Positions 25,879 to 34,921 of a stretch of 49,795 bases of DNA are shown here, piece after piece. The stretch lies in IMG/VR virus record IMGVR_UViG_3300035675_000010, positions 1-49,795 of that record. One strand, written 5' to 3'. The notes beneath the pieces are model-generated. The model made no database searches, was not told the DNA's origin, and saw only the letters and a list, made by a program, of their open reading frames with translations. Every line of letters starts with the position of its first letter. Within the stretch, counting starts at the first letter, position 1. The DNA comes from a virus (Duplodnaviria; Caudoviricetes). The position numbers and the translations under genes were made by a program.

Positions 25879-27041
25879 ACACCATCACTTGTCCTATCTC
25901 CATACTCGACATAAAGGTAGCCATCAGTGCTAACACCAAACCATAGCCAAGGCAAGTCTCCATATAGTCCCTCGACATGGTCTTTCATAGCATAAGGAGT
26001 AGTGTGGTCTGTAACATCGTTATAATTTATCGTGCGTGTTACTCCGCCTATCGTGAAAGAGTAAGACCCTCCTGCCACCCAGTTGCATGATAGACTAGTG
26101 ACATTATTCATCGTAGGACTAATCCAATTTTTATGATCTGTTATGGCATCAAGGAAATTATTAGGAGCATCCCACATTCCTGATGAAGCCCATTCGAAGT
26201 CAGCGTATTTATTAATTCCTCTTAGCTTGAATCCAGTCAACCTAGCAAGATAACCCGATGCACTATTTTCGCATTCCTCAGAAGACTGTCCAAGCCATAT
26301 CGGGACTGTATCCATGTCTCTAAGGTAATCCCATCTGATATTCCACGGAGCGTTATAGTTCATGGCAACCACAAAATCCACGTACCCATTATCGACCCAT
26401 GCTTGCCCATCCTGTTTGTTAGTAGGAAGAGCTTTTCCATTTGCAAGGGAAAAGAACCCAAGTCTCATTCCAGTAGGCACACCAGCAGATATCGCCTGAA
26501 CAAGTGATGTAATATCTGCGGCATCTTGTGAAACTACACCATCTGTACGGATATAGTCCAACATCATCCCTGCTAAGCCAGTGTTCTGTTCCATGAAGTC
26601 GATCATCGCATTGGCCATCTTCGTTCTGGATGACTCAACACTATACAAGATAATGCCACCAGGCGTTTTATAATCCGTAGTATCAGGAATTGGGTCTAGT
26701 AGAATGGCTGTCGTCCCGCACCAGTTGGAAGAGTACATAAAGACGAACCATGCCCATACCTTTATACCTACTGCGGCGGCCTGTTCACATAGATAAGTTA
26801 GTGGTTTATCTCCACCAATACTTACTGAAGTTTCATAGCATAGCGTGCTCTCTCCCAATACAGGTCGATTGCTTCCACTAGGAAGGTAACACAGTACAGC
26901 TATATCTGTCGCATATCCATCTAACTCGGATAGAAGATTGTCAATATAGGTCTGGCTGTTAGCTTGCATCCATAAATCACTTCCTTGAGCCATAGCCATC
27001 ATACGCATATTCGTATTGTCACTAACGTATAGTGTTCCCAT
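25875..27041 (-). CDS. Glycoside hydrolase-like TIM barrel (GHL10/DUF187-like)
   Basis: AAAVGIKVWAWF, GLAGMMLDYIR, QDGQAWVDNGYVDFVVAMNY. Confidence 0.72.
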   Translation of the reverse strand: MGTLYVSDNTNMRMMAMAQGSDLWMQANSQTYIDNLLSELDGYATDIAVLCYLPSGSNRPVLGESTLCYETSVSIGGDKPLTYLCEQAAAVGIKVWAWFVFMYSSNWCGTTAILLDPIPDTTDYKTPGGIILYSVESSRTKMANAMIDFMEQNTGLAGMMLDYIRTDGVVSQDAADITSLVQAISAGVPTGMRLGFFSLANGKALPTNKQDGQAWVDNGYVDFVVAMNYNAPWNIRWDYLRDMDTVPIWLGQSSEECENSASGYLARLTGFKLRGINKYADFEWASSGMWDAPNNFLDAITDHKNWISPTMNNVTSLSCNWVAGGSYSFTIGGVTRTINYNDVTDHTTPYAMKDHVEGLYGDLPWLWFGVSTDGYLYVEYGDRTSDGV

Positions 27042-27080
27042 TATGTCAACAATCCTTTAGACATGCAATATCACTTCGAA

Positions 27081-27287
27081 TCATCCTTTTAACTGACCTG
27101 GACCTGTGTCTTTTACAACAACAGATTCGACAACCGATATACCAAGGTCCGGCGGCTTAGTATCAATAATGCCTTCTACAGGAGCAAAGATAGCTTGAGA
27201 TCCTATCTCTGCACCACAATCGGCACACACTAACTTAGCAACGTTGACCTCTTTAGTAACCCACGTTTGAAATCTGTGATTACACAT
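27081..27287 (-). CDS. 68-aa Zn-ribbon protein with one stalk-type repeat
   Basis: MCNH...CADCG; ISVVESVVVKDT; GGAGGT RBS. Confidence 0.6.
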   Translation of the reverse strand: MCNHRFQTWVTKEVNVAKLVCADCGAEIGSQAIFAPVEGIIDTKPPDLGISVVESVVVKDTGPGQLKG

Positions 27288-28155
27288 TTTTGACCTCCGC
27301 GCCGGGATCGAACGGGGGAAACTGTTGACCGTTAGGGTCGATGTGCTTACAGAAGATGTTAGTGTCCAGTAACAAAGGATATCGTTTATCTTTAAGCTCA
27401 TCCCAGTACTCCGTCCATCCGGCCTTACGAATATAGTCGCCTTCAATAACTCTTGTACACCACTCTAAGTCAGTTGTTCCGTTGACTGCGTTGACAGAAG
27501 CGGTTTCCGGATCGTATGCTATCCGACTTGGTTGTACAAATACTTCACGAGTGACCATTCGGTTCCCGTAAGGTATCTGGTATTCTTTAGCGTCATCCCA
27601 CATTTTGCGAAGCACACCGCAGTGTATTAGTAATATGCCGGTAGGTACTCCATCAACGTAGACCTTATCGTGAAGCTTCCAATCGTAGAACGGTCCGTTT
27701 CCGCGACCGCGGTAGATTAAAGGCTCGCACGGATTGCTCTTTGTAAAGTACAGTCCACTCACAATCGGATGACTCTCGGCAGTGATATACTCACCGAACC
27801 TAATCATTGCATCTGGCGGAATTAGTACATCATCTTCGATTAGCAGTAACCACTCCATACCCAAACTTAGTGCTTGCTGCACAATTAAGTTCTGAGCATC
27901 TGCTACCGTATAGCCGAGTGTTGCGTATCCACCCATAAACTGAGTGAAGAAAACGGCCGACCAATTTGTGGGCATCAGTTGACCCCAACGACAAGCAGCC
28001 CATTCGTAACGAATGTTCCCTAGTGTCGGAGTAGCAACTATTACTCGATTCACGTAGCCCGGATCACCAGAGAACCTAATTACATTGTGATAGTCACTGT
28101 TGACTGGACTATTCTTGAACTTCTTACGGATGAAAGGCAGTTCAGGGTCGCTCAT
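27280..28155 (-). CDS. GT-A fold (GT2-like) glycosyltransferase
   Basis: VIVATPT, AQNLIV, LLLIEDDVLIPPD, IVSGLY, PTGILLIH, DTNIFCKH. Confidence 0.82.
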   Translation of the reverse strand: MSDPELPFIRKKFKNSPVNSDYHNVIRFSGDPGYVNRVIVATPTLGNIRYEWAACRWGQLMPTNWSAVFFTQFMGGYATLGYTVADAQNLIVQQALSLGMEWLLLIEDDVLIPPDAMIRFGEYITAESHPIVSGLYFTKSNPCEPLIYRGRGNGPFYDWKLHDKVYVDGVPTGILLIHCGVLRKMWDDAKEYQIPYGNRMVTREVFVQPSRIAYDPETASVNAVNGTTDLEWCTRVIEGDYIRKAGWTEYWDELKDKRYPLLLDTNIFCKHIDPNGQQFPPFDPGAEVKNV

Positions 28156-28667
28156 AGTGCCCTCTTTCGTAAGACTACTTCCATATTACCGAATGTCTCC
28201 CAGAACACGTTTTCGATCTTCCAGGGTTTGGGTTTATAAAATGAGTAGAGCTGTCCGCCAAAGGACTCCGGATCAAAGTACGTCCAGGTATTTTCATTCA
28301 TCGCATGACAGTGTGTGGGATCCTGTAGTTGACCACCCGACCAACCATGAGGGCAGGAGATCAGAAACGGCCCACCAACTTTCATTATGCGCCATACCTC
28401 GTCCATAAATTCGACGAAAGGAAACCAAGTATGCCCATCTGGGCGAAAGGCCACCGTTGGTATGTGTTCAACAAGATGTGAAGACATAGCAACGAGGACA
28501 CACTCGTCTGGCAACGGCCAGGGGTGAATATTGACATCATGTACAATATCCACCCCGGGCAGCGGCTGTACATCCATTCCGACGAAGTTTGGCTGTATGT
28601 GCTCTCCGCAGCCGATATCTAACCGGATACCAGAGGCATCCCTAACCAATTCTTCGATGGTCGCCAT
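28152..28667 (-). CDS. Class I SAM-dependent methyltransferase
   Basis: RLDIGCG, SSHLVEHI, EVWRIMKVGG, QDPTH. Confidence 0.9.
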   Translation of the reverse strand: MATIEELVRDASGIRLDIGCGEHIQPNFVGMDVQPLPGVDIVHDVNIHPWPLPDECVLVAMSSHLVEHIPTVAFRPDGHTWFPFVEFMDEVWRIMKVGGPFLISCPHGWSGGQLQDPTHCHAMNENTWTYFDPESFGGQLYSFYKPKPWKIENVFWETFGNMEVVLRKRAL

Positions 28668-28676
28668 GGTAACTCC

Positions 28677-29189
28677 TTACGTGAAGTTGATAACGTAACT
28701 GAAGTTCACGTTCTGGTTACTGGCGCACGAACTTGAGGCGTAAGTATTGCCACAGAACAAGGTACCGCCGGATGAAGTGTTGAACAGCCCGATGTTGCTA
28801 ATGTTCTGTGTTGTGGTGCAGAAGTTCCCACTGCTCACAAATGTGCCGGTGATGTTTAGTGCCTTCGACGTGTTGCTAGTAGCTGCGGTGAAAGTAGTAC
28901 GTGCTTGAATCTCTCCTTGCAGTGACGTACCCGCGGCAGCAGGCTGTGTACCGGTGCCGAGAGCACAATGAGTCAAATACTTCGACCCACTAATAGATCC
29001 AAGCGCGCGAACCAAGTAGTCGTTATAACCGAGATCAACAACCTGATTCTCGAACCAACCTGAATCACCAACAACACCCTTTTCAGGGTCGTCGATTTGC
29101 ACCCGAAAGAACCCGCGGACTTTAATTGCTTCCTTGGGTGCCTCCTTGGTACGAATCAGTTCGTCCAAATCAAAATGCTTTTCCATCAT
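28677..29189 (-). CDS. Virion structural protein resembling tail-collar/fibre attachment domains
   Basis: ALGTGT...SLQGEI.R, ISNIGLFNTSSGGTLF, NFSYVINF. Confidence 0.55.
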   Translation of the reverse strand: MMEKHFDLDELIRTKEAPKEAIKVRGFFRVQIDDPEKGVVGDSGWFENQVVDLGYNDYLVRALGSISGSKYLTHCALGTGTQPAAAGTSLQGEIQARTTFTAATSNTSKALNITGTFVSSGNFCTTTQNISNIGLFNTSSGGTLFCGNTYASSSCASNQNVNFSYVINFT

Positions 29190-29206
29190 TCAATCTCCTT
29201 AAGTAG

Positions 29207-29950
29207 TTAGATGTCCCAACCATGCAGTCGGGCTTGTTCTTCTAATTTCGTGACTCTCTCGTCCATAGTCTTAGCACCGGGCAACCTCATGCCCCAAAAC
29301 TCCTCCAATGCCGGAAGCGTAGTTGGCCACAGATTAATGTCCATTGCACGACCAGCTGTGCCAGGTAGTATGACCTTGTCACCCGAACATTGCCATACTC
29401 TCACTACACCAGGACACTGTTTAGTAGGATCTGGGTTCCACCCATAAGTGTTAGCTCTTTGTTGCATTTCTTCCCATGTCCAAGTAACGCGATCTCCACG
29501 CGGACATAGGTAGTAGGGATAACGTCCCCACCAGTAGTCTCCGCCAGGCCAGTGCGCAATCGTACCCAAGAACCAACCGCCTGTATAGATTGGAGCGCGC
29601 CATCTAGCACGTGTGAGTTGTATAAACTCATCAACCTCGTCGGCGTATGTTTCTTTGGGATACTCAGGTTTAGAGACTTCGATGTCTGGGAAGACGATCG
29701 TGGTTTCAGCGGGTACATGAGCGGACAACCAGTTGAAGTTTGCCACACCGTCCACCCAAGGATTGTAGACGAAGTATGGAGCGCGTAAAAAGAGTTCCGC
29801 TTGACTCCACTGATTATAGAAGTTGGTGTCCATGTGGTGGCCACCGTTCATATCGTTGATTCGGACCATTAGACCAACGACTCCCCCGTTGCGTAGTACG
29901 AGTTCGTCGATATCTAAGGCGCCTTCCCAAACATCACAAAGCATTAACAT
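29207..29950 (-). CDS. Endolysin, GH25-like muramidase
   Basis: CDVWEG, PDIE, PIYTGGWF, WWGRYP, WQCS, MDIN; follows holin. Confidence 0.82.
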   Translation of the reverse strand: MLMLCDVWEGALDIDELVLRNGGVVGLMVRINDMNGGHHMDTNFYNQWSQAELFLRAPYFVYNPWVDGVANFNWLSAHVPAETTIVFPDIEVSKPEYPKETYADEVDEFIQLTRARWRAPIYTGGWFLGTIAHWPGGDYWWGRYPYYLCPRGDRVTWTWEEMQQRANTYGWNPDPTKQCPGVVRVWQCSGDKVILPGTAGRAMDINLWPTTLPALEEFWGMRLPGAKTMDERVTKLEEQARLHGWDI

Positions 29951-30294
29951 TACTGTCTCCTCAGCTGATCTTCAGCCAAAACCATTCTTCCACCTAACAT
30001 ATAGTTCGTAGCTTTATAAGTGCCTGTGTTGATTATCACGGCTGCAACAAAGTCCACCAATGGATACCAAATCCACTCACGCCAGGTAGGACCTGCATAC
30101 ACACTTAAGAAGCCGAGTGCACTCAAACCAACCACAACTAGTGTAACCGCAAACAAACATCCGACCATAAGGAGCTGCTTTTGCTCTTGCTCGAGAGCTC
30201 CATACCACTTATTGAATCCTGGAATATACCAAGCCAATAGCGATATCAGAACAGCTATTACGGGTAGCAAATTAAAAGTTAGTTTCGTCTCCAT
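29950..30294 (-). CDS. Holin-like membrane protein
   Basis: Three TM segments, directly upstream of endolysin. Confidence 0.7.
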   Translation of the reverse strand: METKLTFNLLPVIAVLISLLAWYIPGFNKWYGALEQEQKQLLMVGCLFAVTLVVVGLSALGFLSVYAGPTWREWIWYPLVDFVAAVIINTGTYKATNYMLGGRMVLAEDQLRRQ

Positions 30295-30616
30295 CCTTTT
30301 TACTCCTTAAACCTTTTGATACCCTGCAGTACTTACAGGTTTGGATCCAAATGTAAATGATGATCACGATCACTGTTGGCACTAAACTCAGACTGTTGAA
30401 GTCTACGACTAGTGCATTGTTATGTGTAATGAAGTATATGATCGACGAGCACCAGAGTAGGACAAACACAACAGAAAGCGCAATTACAAGTTTGCTAAAC
30501 TCTTTATGCTTGTCATAGAGTACGGTGTACGTATACACCAACAAGCTGTATACCAACAGCGGATAGGCCATCAGTCTTACATACAATAGCAGTGCGCTGA
30601 TTTCTTCTTGCATCAT
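30272..30616 (-). CDS. Three-TM membrane protein (lysis cassette)
   Basis: Hydrophobic helices, basic C-terminus. Confidence 0.65.
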   Translation of the reverse strand: MMQEEISALLLYVRLMAYPLLVYSLLVYTYTVLYDKHKEFSKLVIALSVVFVLLWCSSIIYFITHNNALVVDFNSLSLVPTVIVIIIYIWIQTCKYCRVSKGLRSKKDGDETNF

Positions 30617-30834
30617 CCTGACCTCCCGATGTAGGCGGCTACGGCTCCCACAATAAGTGTGAGTGCAGCCTGTGCCATAGAAAATACAGATAACCTTTCT
30701 TTCAAAGTTGCTATAGTCACCTCCTGTTCGTTTACGAGCTTTTTTAGATCCTCGATATCACGTTCCATTTCGGCAAGACGCTCCTTCGCAGTCTTCCCTC
30801 CATTCATCATTGGTTGAGTCGGTATGTCGGACAT
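30613..30834 (-). CDS. Coiled-coil plus C-terminal TM protein (XhlA-like architecture)
   Basis: ERLAEMERDIEDLKK coiled coil, then one TM helix. Confidence 0.6.
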   Translation of the reverse strand: MSDIPTQPMMNGGKTAKERLAEMERDIEDLKKLVNEQEVTIATLKERLSVFSMAQAALTLIVGAVAAYIGRSG

Positions 30835-30841
30835 GCTTACC

Positions 30842-31207
30842 TCAACTAAGATCTTTAATCATCCATGAGATGGTCAAAACTTCGACCGGCGTAAGTTCGA
30901 CTCCGTCCATCGAAGTAAGGTCGATTTGATAAATCTTCACATCTATCTCGCTATTAACGAGATCTATGTACATCGAATCCCACTTCTCTTGCTCTTCCAG
31001 TGGTATGTCGTACTTACCGGTCTCTGAGTTGAGCGTCCAATTCTCACCAAGCAACTTTATCCTTGTCTCGTCAAAGATCTTAAGTTCGTCATCCACCACT
31101 TTAATGTTCTTTGCTAGAGCGTAAGCCACCTTAGCCGGCATCTTTTGACCAGCAAGTCGTTGTAAAGTAGATTGGGCATTAAGTAAATCTATAATCTTCA
31201 TTTGCAC
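30842..31207 (-). CDS. Tail-fibre-associated protein
   Basis: KMPAKVAYALAKNIK pattern typical of genes following fibre genes. Confidence 0.55.
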   Translation of the reverse strand: MQMKIIDLLNAQSTLQRLAGQKMPAKVAYALAKNIKVVDDELKIFDETRIKLLGENWTLNSETGKYDIPLEEQEKWDSMYIDLVNSEIDVKIYQIDLTSMDGVELTPVEVLTISWMIKDLS

Positions 31208-31214
31208 TCTCCTC

Positions 31215-33344
31215 TTATTCTGGCCCAGATAGCTCGTAAATTATGTTTACATTAACACCATCTCCGTTAGCCATCGCAAACGGACTTGTTGGTGTCCAAA
31301 GACTTACATTGCTTCCTTCAGCCCAACTATTCCAATAACTTATAGTCGACGCATTGGCACCTATTTGAATGGCCCTATAATAGTTCGCTGTTGCAGCATC
31401 TCTAAAATGGGCAACTCCATAATAGTTGACCGTACCATTCCTACTCGTAAACGGCAAGCTAAATGTATGATTTCCAGTTCCGAAGGTTGTTGATGAACCA
31501 AATACTAAACGTATCCATACTTGACACAACCGTCCAAAGACGTGGTACCGTGCGTCAAGAGTCCCATTTCCAAGTGATGGCTGAGTGCCTCCATCAGATG
31601 ACCAGGTAGGAGTATATGTTTTTCCTGCCATCCAATTAAGGACATAGGCATCATGACCTATATACTTTACCCACGTATTGTCAACTGCCCAAAGAATACC
31701 GTACGGAGAAAATGGCGTAGATGGGTCGGTAGTCTCATAGAACGTGATCGTCTTATCAATCGGAGCTTGAGTAGTACTGCCAATAGTAAGTCCTTTTTCT
31801 ATCTGCGCATCACCAAAAATTTGTGTGTGCGTGGTGGAGAGCGCAATTGTCATTGTACTGTCTGCTCGCACACCAATCGCTACCGTTCCATGTGGACTGG
31901 TGGCTGACAGGAAAACAGCGGCATCTGTTCCGGCTGTAGCCGTGTCAACTTCCAAATTAGCTTTATACAACACGCCGCTCTCAAGTGCACCCTCCAACCA
32001 AATAACACGAAAGCCGCTCTCTACCCATTTAATACGGTGAGCATCGGTAAGACTAGAAGCTAACTGCAAGGAATAACCATCCTCGTCAAGCCAAACAACC
32101 CCGTCTCCAGCAGTTAATGTACCTGTAACACTCATTGTTCCGCTAATCAGCGCGGACCCGTCTGTTTTGAACTCCATAACGTTAGAAGTGTAATTTCGTA
32201 TACGTAGACCATTCGTACTATCCATTACAATATTCGGCATACTGGAGGCGTAACGACCAATCCCCACTCCGTAAGTGTCAGTTCCGTATCCGTATAACCC
32301 ATTTAGATTCCCGATCGCCCATACTTCTCCAAGATCGCTATATGTAGTACCTGTACGCACATTACCCAATATAGTCGGTCCGATGTGTGCGGCCGATCTT
32401 ACCGACCTCATAGAATAAATATCGATAAATCCGTCTCCGGTGGTGCCAGTATTTAGTGCGGCATCGCCAGCATACCAATCGTTCGCTCCGGATCCGTCCA
32501 AATCACGAGTGCACGAATAATAGTATCCGTTTGGAGGGTCTGCTGTGGCTCCACTAGTAATCAATATGAATTCAACTTTCCCGTCGGCCTCCAGATAAAC
32601 AATGTCGTTGTTTGCTAACTGGTTATGCTTGACATAAATGGTCGTACTTGCCGCCGCTAAATCCGTAGTTAGCGTTGTTGTCGGCGCAACAAGAATTCTG
32701 CCTCCAATCGTTGCAAGTGTATTTTGAGCTACTAAAGTCTCAACCCACAACTCTGCAGCGTATAGTTGCAAGTACTTCTTAGAAATCGAACCAATGTTGG
32801 TTCGATAACTTATATTGGGCATCAAACTTGTACCACCAATAATAAAACTATCATCTGTCATTAAGGTATCGGCGTTAGATCTGTATAAATCAACATCTTT
32901 AGCAGATCCCAAATAGAGCTTTTCCACCGTTAATTCACCACTAGAGTTAGTCGCCAGTATCGACGCAGTAGCACCAGGGTTGCTACTACTGGCTAATGTG
33001 ATTGTTCGATCTGCAATAAGAGATCCACCACCAGATAATCCCAAACCAGATACCGAAACACTCTTATTCAGTTGATCGGCATACAAACCAGTAACAAGTT
33101 GACTTTGTGCATTTGCGTTCAGTGCAAATGGTGCAGCGGGTGAAGTGGGTGCAAACGTATGCTGCACCGAAATCGACCGAGCAGTGTTTATGTGAACATA
33201 CTGCGTGTGATCGTCATCAGCCAAGCCAACTAGCAATCCGTGGTCTTTCACACCTCCAGTGGCACTTACAGCGCTGGTGGACTGTCCAATCCAACTCATG
33301 ACACGAGGTTTTATCTCACGAAGAATGGTGTCAATGTCACTCAT
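31215..33344 (-). CDS. Tail fibre/receptor-binding protein
   Basis: HGLLVGLADDDHTQY; C-terminal YTPTWS..GNGTL.ARY..G...FSLPF head domain. Confidence 0.8.
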   Translation of the reverse strand: MSDIDTILREIKPRVMSWIGQSTSAVSATGGVKDHGLLVGLADDDHTQYVHINTARSISVQHTFAPTSPAAPFALNANAQSQLVTGLYADQLNKSVSVSGLGLSGGGSLIADRTITLASSSNPGATASILATNSSGELTVEKLYLGSAKDVDLYRSNADTLMTDDSFIIGGTSLMPNISYRTNIGSISKKYLQLYAAELWVETLVAQNTLATIGGRILVAPTTTLTTDLAAASTTIYVKHNQLANNDIVYLEADGKVEFILITSGATADPPNGYYYSCTRDLDGSGANDWYAGDAALNTGTTGDGFIDIYSMRSVRSAAHIGPTILGNVRTGTTYSDLGEVWAIGNLNGLYGYGTDTYGVGIGRYASSMPNIVMDSTNGLRIRNYTSNVMEFKTDGSALISGTMSVTGTLTAGDGVVWLDEDGYSLQLASSLTDAHRIKWVESGFRVIWLEGALESGVLYKANLEVDTATAGTDAAVFLSATSPHGTVAIGVRADSTMTIALSTTHTQIFGDAQIEKGLTIGSTTQAPIDKTITFYETTDPSTPFSPYGILWAVDNTWVKYIGHDAYVLNWMAGKTYTPTWSSDGGTQPSLGNGTLDARYHVFGRLCQVWIRLVFGSSTTFGTGNHTFSLPFTSRNGTVNYYGVAHFRDAATANYYRAIQIGANASTISYWNSWAEGSNVSLWTPTSPFAMANGDGVNVNIIYELSGPE

Positions 33345-34921
33345 GGTTTATCTTGCTCCGGTATTACACCTACGTTCCAGGGTGACGGTTCAGTTCTGGG
33401 ATATAGGGTACCTACCTTATCCAAAAAGCTATAAGAATACTCATCAATAAAAACCATGTACGGATCTGCAATACGAGTCGAGTCGATGGTTGATGGAATA
33501 ACATCGTGCATTCCAACCCATTTTCCAACAGGTGCCCAAAATGGGGGCCATACCGAGCCGGTAATATCACGTACACGACCACTAGAAGTCATAAGCAGTT
33601 GTGGATTGGTCGGTCGTGCTGGCTCTTCGTATACACGTAGTACTTTATTAACCGTGACCTCAGCAAGCATACGTCGTGAGTTTGAAGTACCTGCTTTTAA
33701 CAGCACCAACGCTTCAGCAAGTCCAGTTGTTGTTCCTGGTCGATACGGACACGAGTAAACACCACTCGCAACGTCAAGCTTTACACCACCGGTAAGGAAT
33801 TGACCACACTGAGTTGCCAAAGTACTTAGTTGCTGCGAAGTTTCGATAGATCCCTCAACTTCGAAGTTCATGTCTGCATCCGGACTTCGCGCATTCCATG
33901 ATGATCCGTTACCATACCTAAAAACACCACGTGTATAACCGAGTTCTTCGTTAACGTCAATCCAATAATAATTCGACGAGTCGGCAGCGCCAGATCTTGT
34001 TAAAACGAGCCAGTATGTTGTAGCAGGTGCATGCCAAACACGTGTGTTAAGATCAACCATCATCCAGTTGTAGTCTGTTGGCACCGAAGTTCCAGCTGCT
34101 AAGGCATAGGCTAATTCCGTTCCTGGAGCACCTGCAACATCGCTATAAAGAGAAATACGTACGTTATCTGCAGGTGACCCTTCCTTACGCAGTTTGATCA
34201 GGACTTTATCTGCATACCAGCCAACCGCGACTCCTAATTGATAACTCTGTGCACAGAACATATGACCAGAGTCGTTTCCAAGCTGATGAACCCCTTCACC
34301 GGATTCTGTATACGCTTCGTATCCAGAATTGTTTAAGTAGTACTTCCAATCTAGAGTACTCCACCATCCCTTACATAGTAGTGTGGCGCTAAGAGATCCT
34401 TGCTGCCCCGACATGTACCAAGTTGTCAACGGGTACTTCTTCTCTTCTAAAAGCAGGCCACGTTTTACTTCGGCCAGATTTGTAGAAACATCAGATAAAG
34501 TAGCGATTAGCTCCTTGGTGCCATATGTTGCAATGGAGACGTCATTCTGTTGCCAGTCGGTTATTACTTGCTGACCCACAACGGCCTGACCAGGCGTCAT
34601 ACTTGAGTACTCAACGGCAACCTTGTTAGCCATAGAATCAAGAGTCACTGCGATCTCGAGTGCATCGGTTCTAATTTGGACTTCATTAATATAGCCCCAA
34701 AACAGATTTTGTGCAAAGCTATCAAACATTCGGATCGGACAGCGAAGCCACTCGATAAGATCGTAAAGTGATTCACGAGTACCATACGCAGTTATAGACG
34801 CTTCTACAGGACCGCCAAGAGAAGCAACACGGTAGCTATTGGGTTGTAACACGACCTCACCCGTAGTGGGTCTGTATGATGTACCAGCGCGGTTAGAAAT
34901 CTCAATGAAAACGTCACTCAT
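33341..34921 (-). CDS. Baseplate hub/Tal-like minor tail protein with inserted beta domain
   Basis: FWGYINEV, SIATYGTKE; start at MSDVFIEI (ATGA overlap); position after Dit. Confidence 0.72.
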   Translation of the reverse strand: MSDVFIEISNRAGTSYRPTTGEVVLQPNSYRVASLGGPVEASITAYGTRESLYDLIEWLRCPIRMFDSFAQNLFWGYINEVQIRTDALEIAVTLDSMANKVAVEYSSMTPGQAVVGQQVITDWQQNDVSIATYGTKELIATLSDVSTNLAEVKRGLLLEEKKYPLTTWYMSGQQGSLSATLLCKGWWSTLDWKYYLNNSGYEAYTESGEGVHQLGNDSGHMFCAQSYQLGVAVGWYADKVLIKLRKEGSPADNVRISLYSDVAGAPGTELAYALAAGTSVPTDYNWMMVDLNTRVWHAPATTYWLVLTRSGAADSSNYYWIDVNEELGYTRGVFRYGNGSSWNARSPDADMNFEVEGSIETSQQLSTLATQCGQFLTGGVKLDVASGVYSCPYRPGTTTGLAEALVLLKAGTSNSRRMLAEVTVNKVLRVYEEPARPTNPQLLMTSSGRVRDITGSVWPPFWAPVGKWVGMHDVIPSTIDSTRIADPYMVFIDEYSYSFLDKVGTLYPRTEPSPWNVGVIPEQDKP

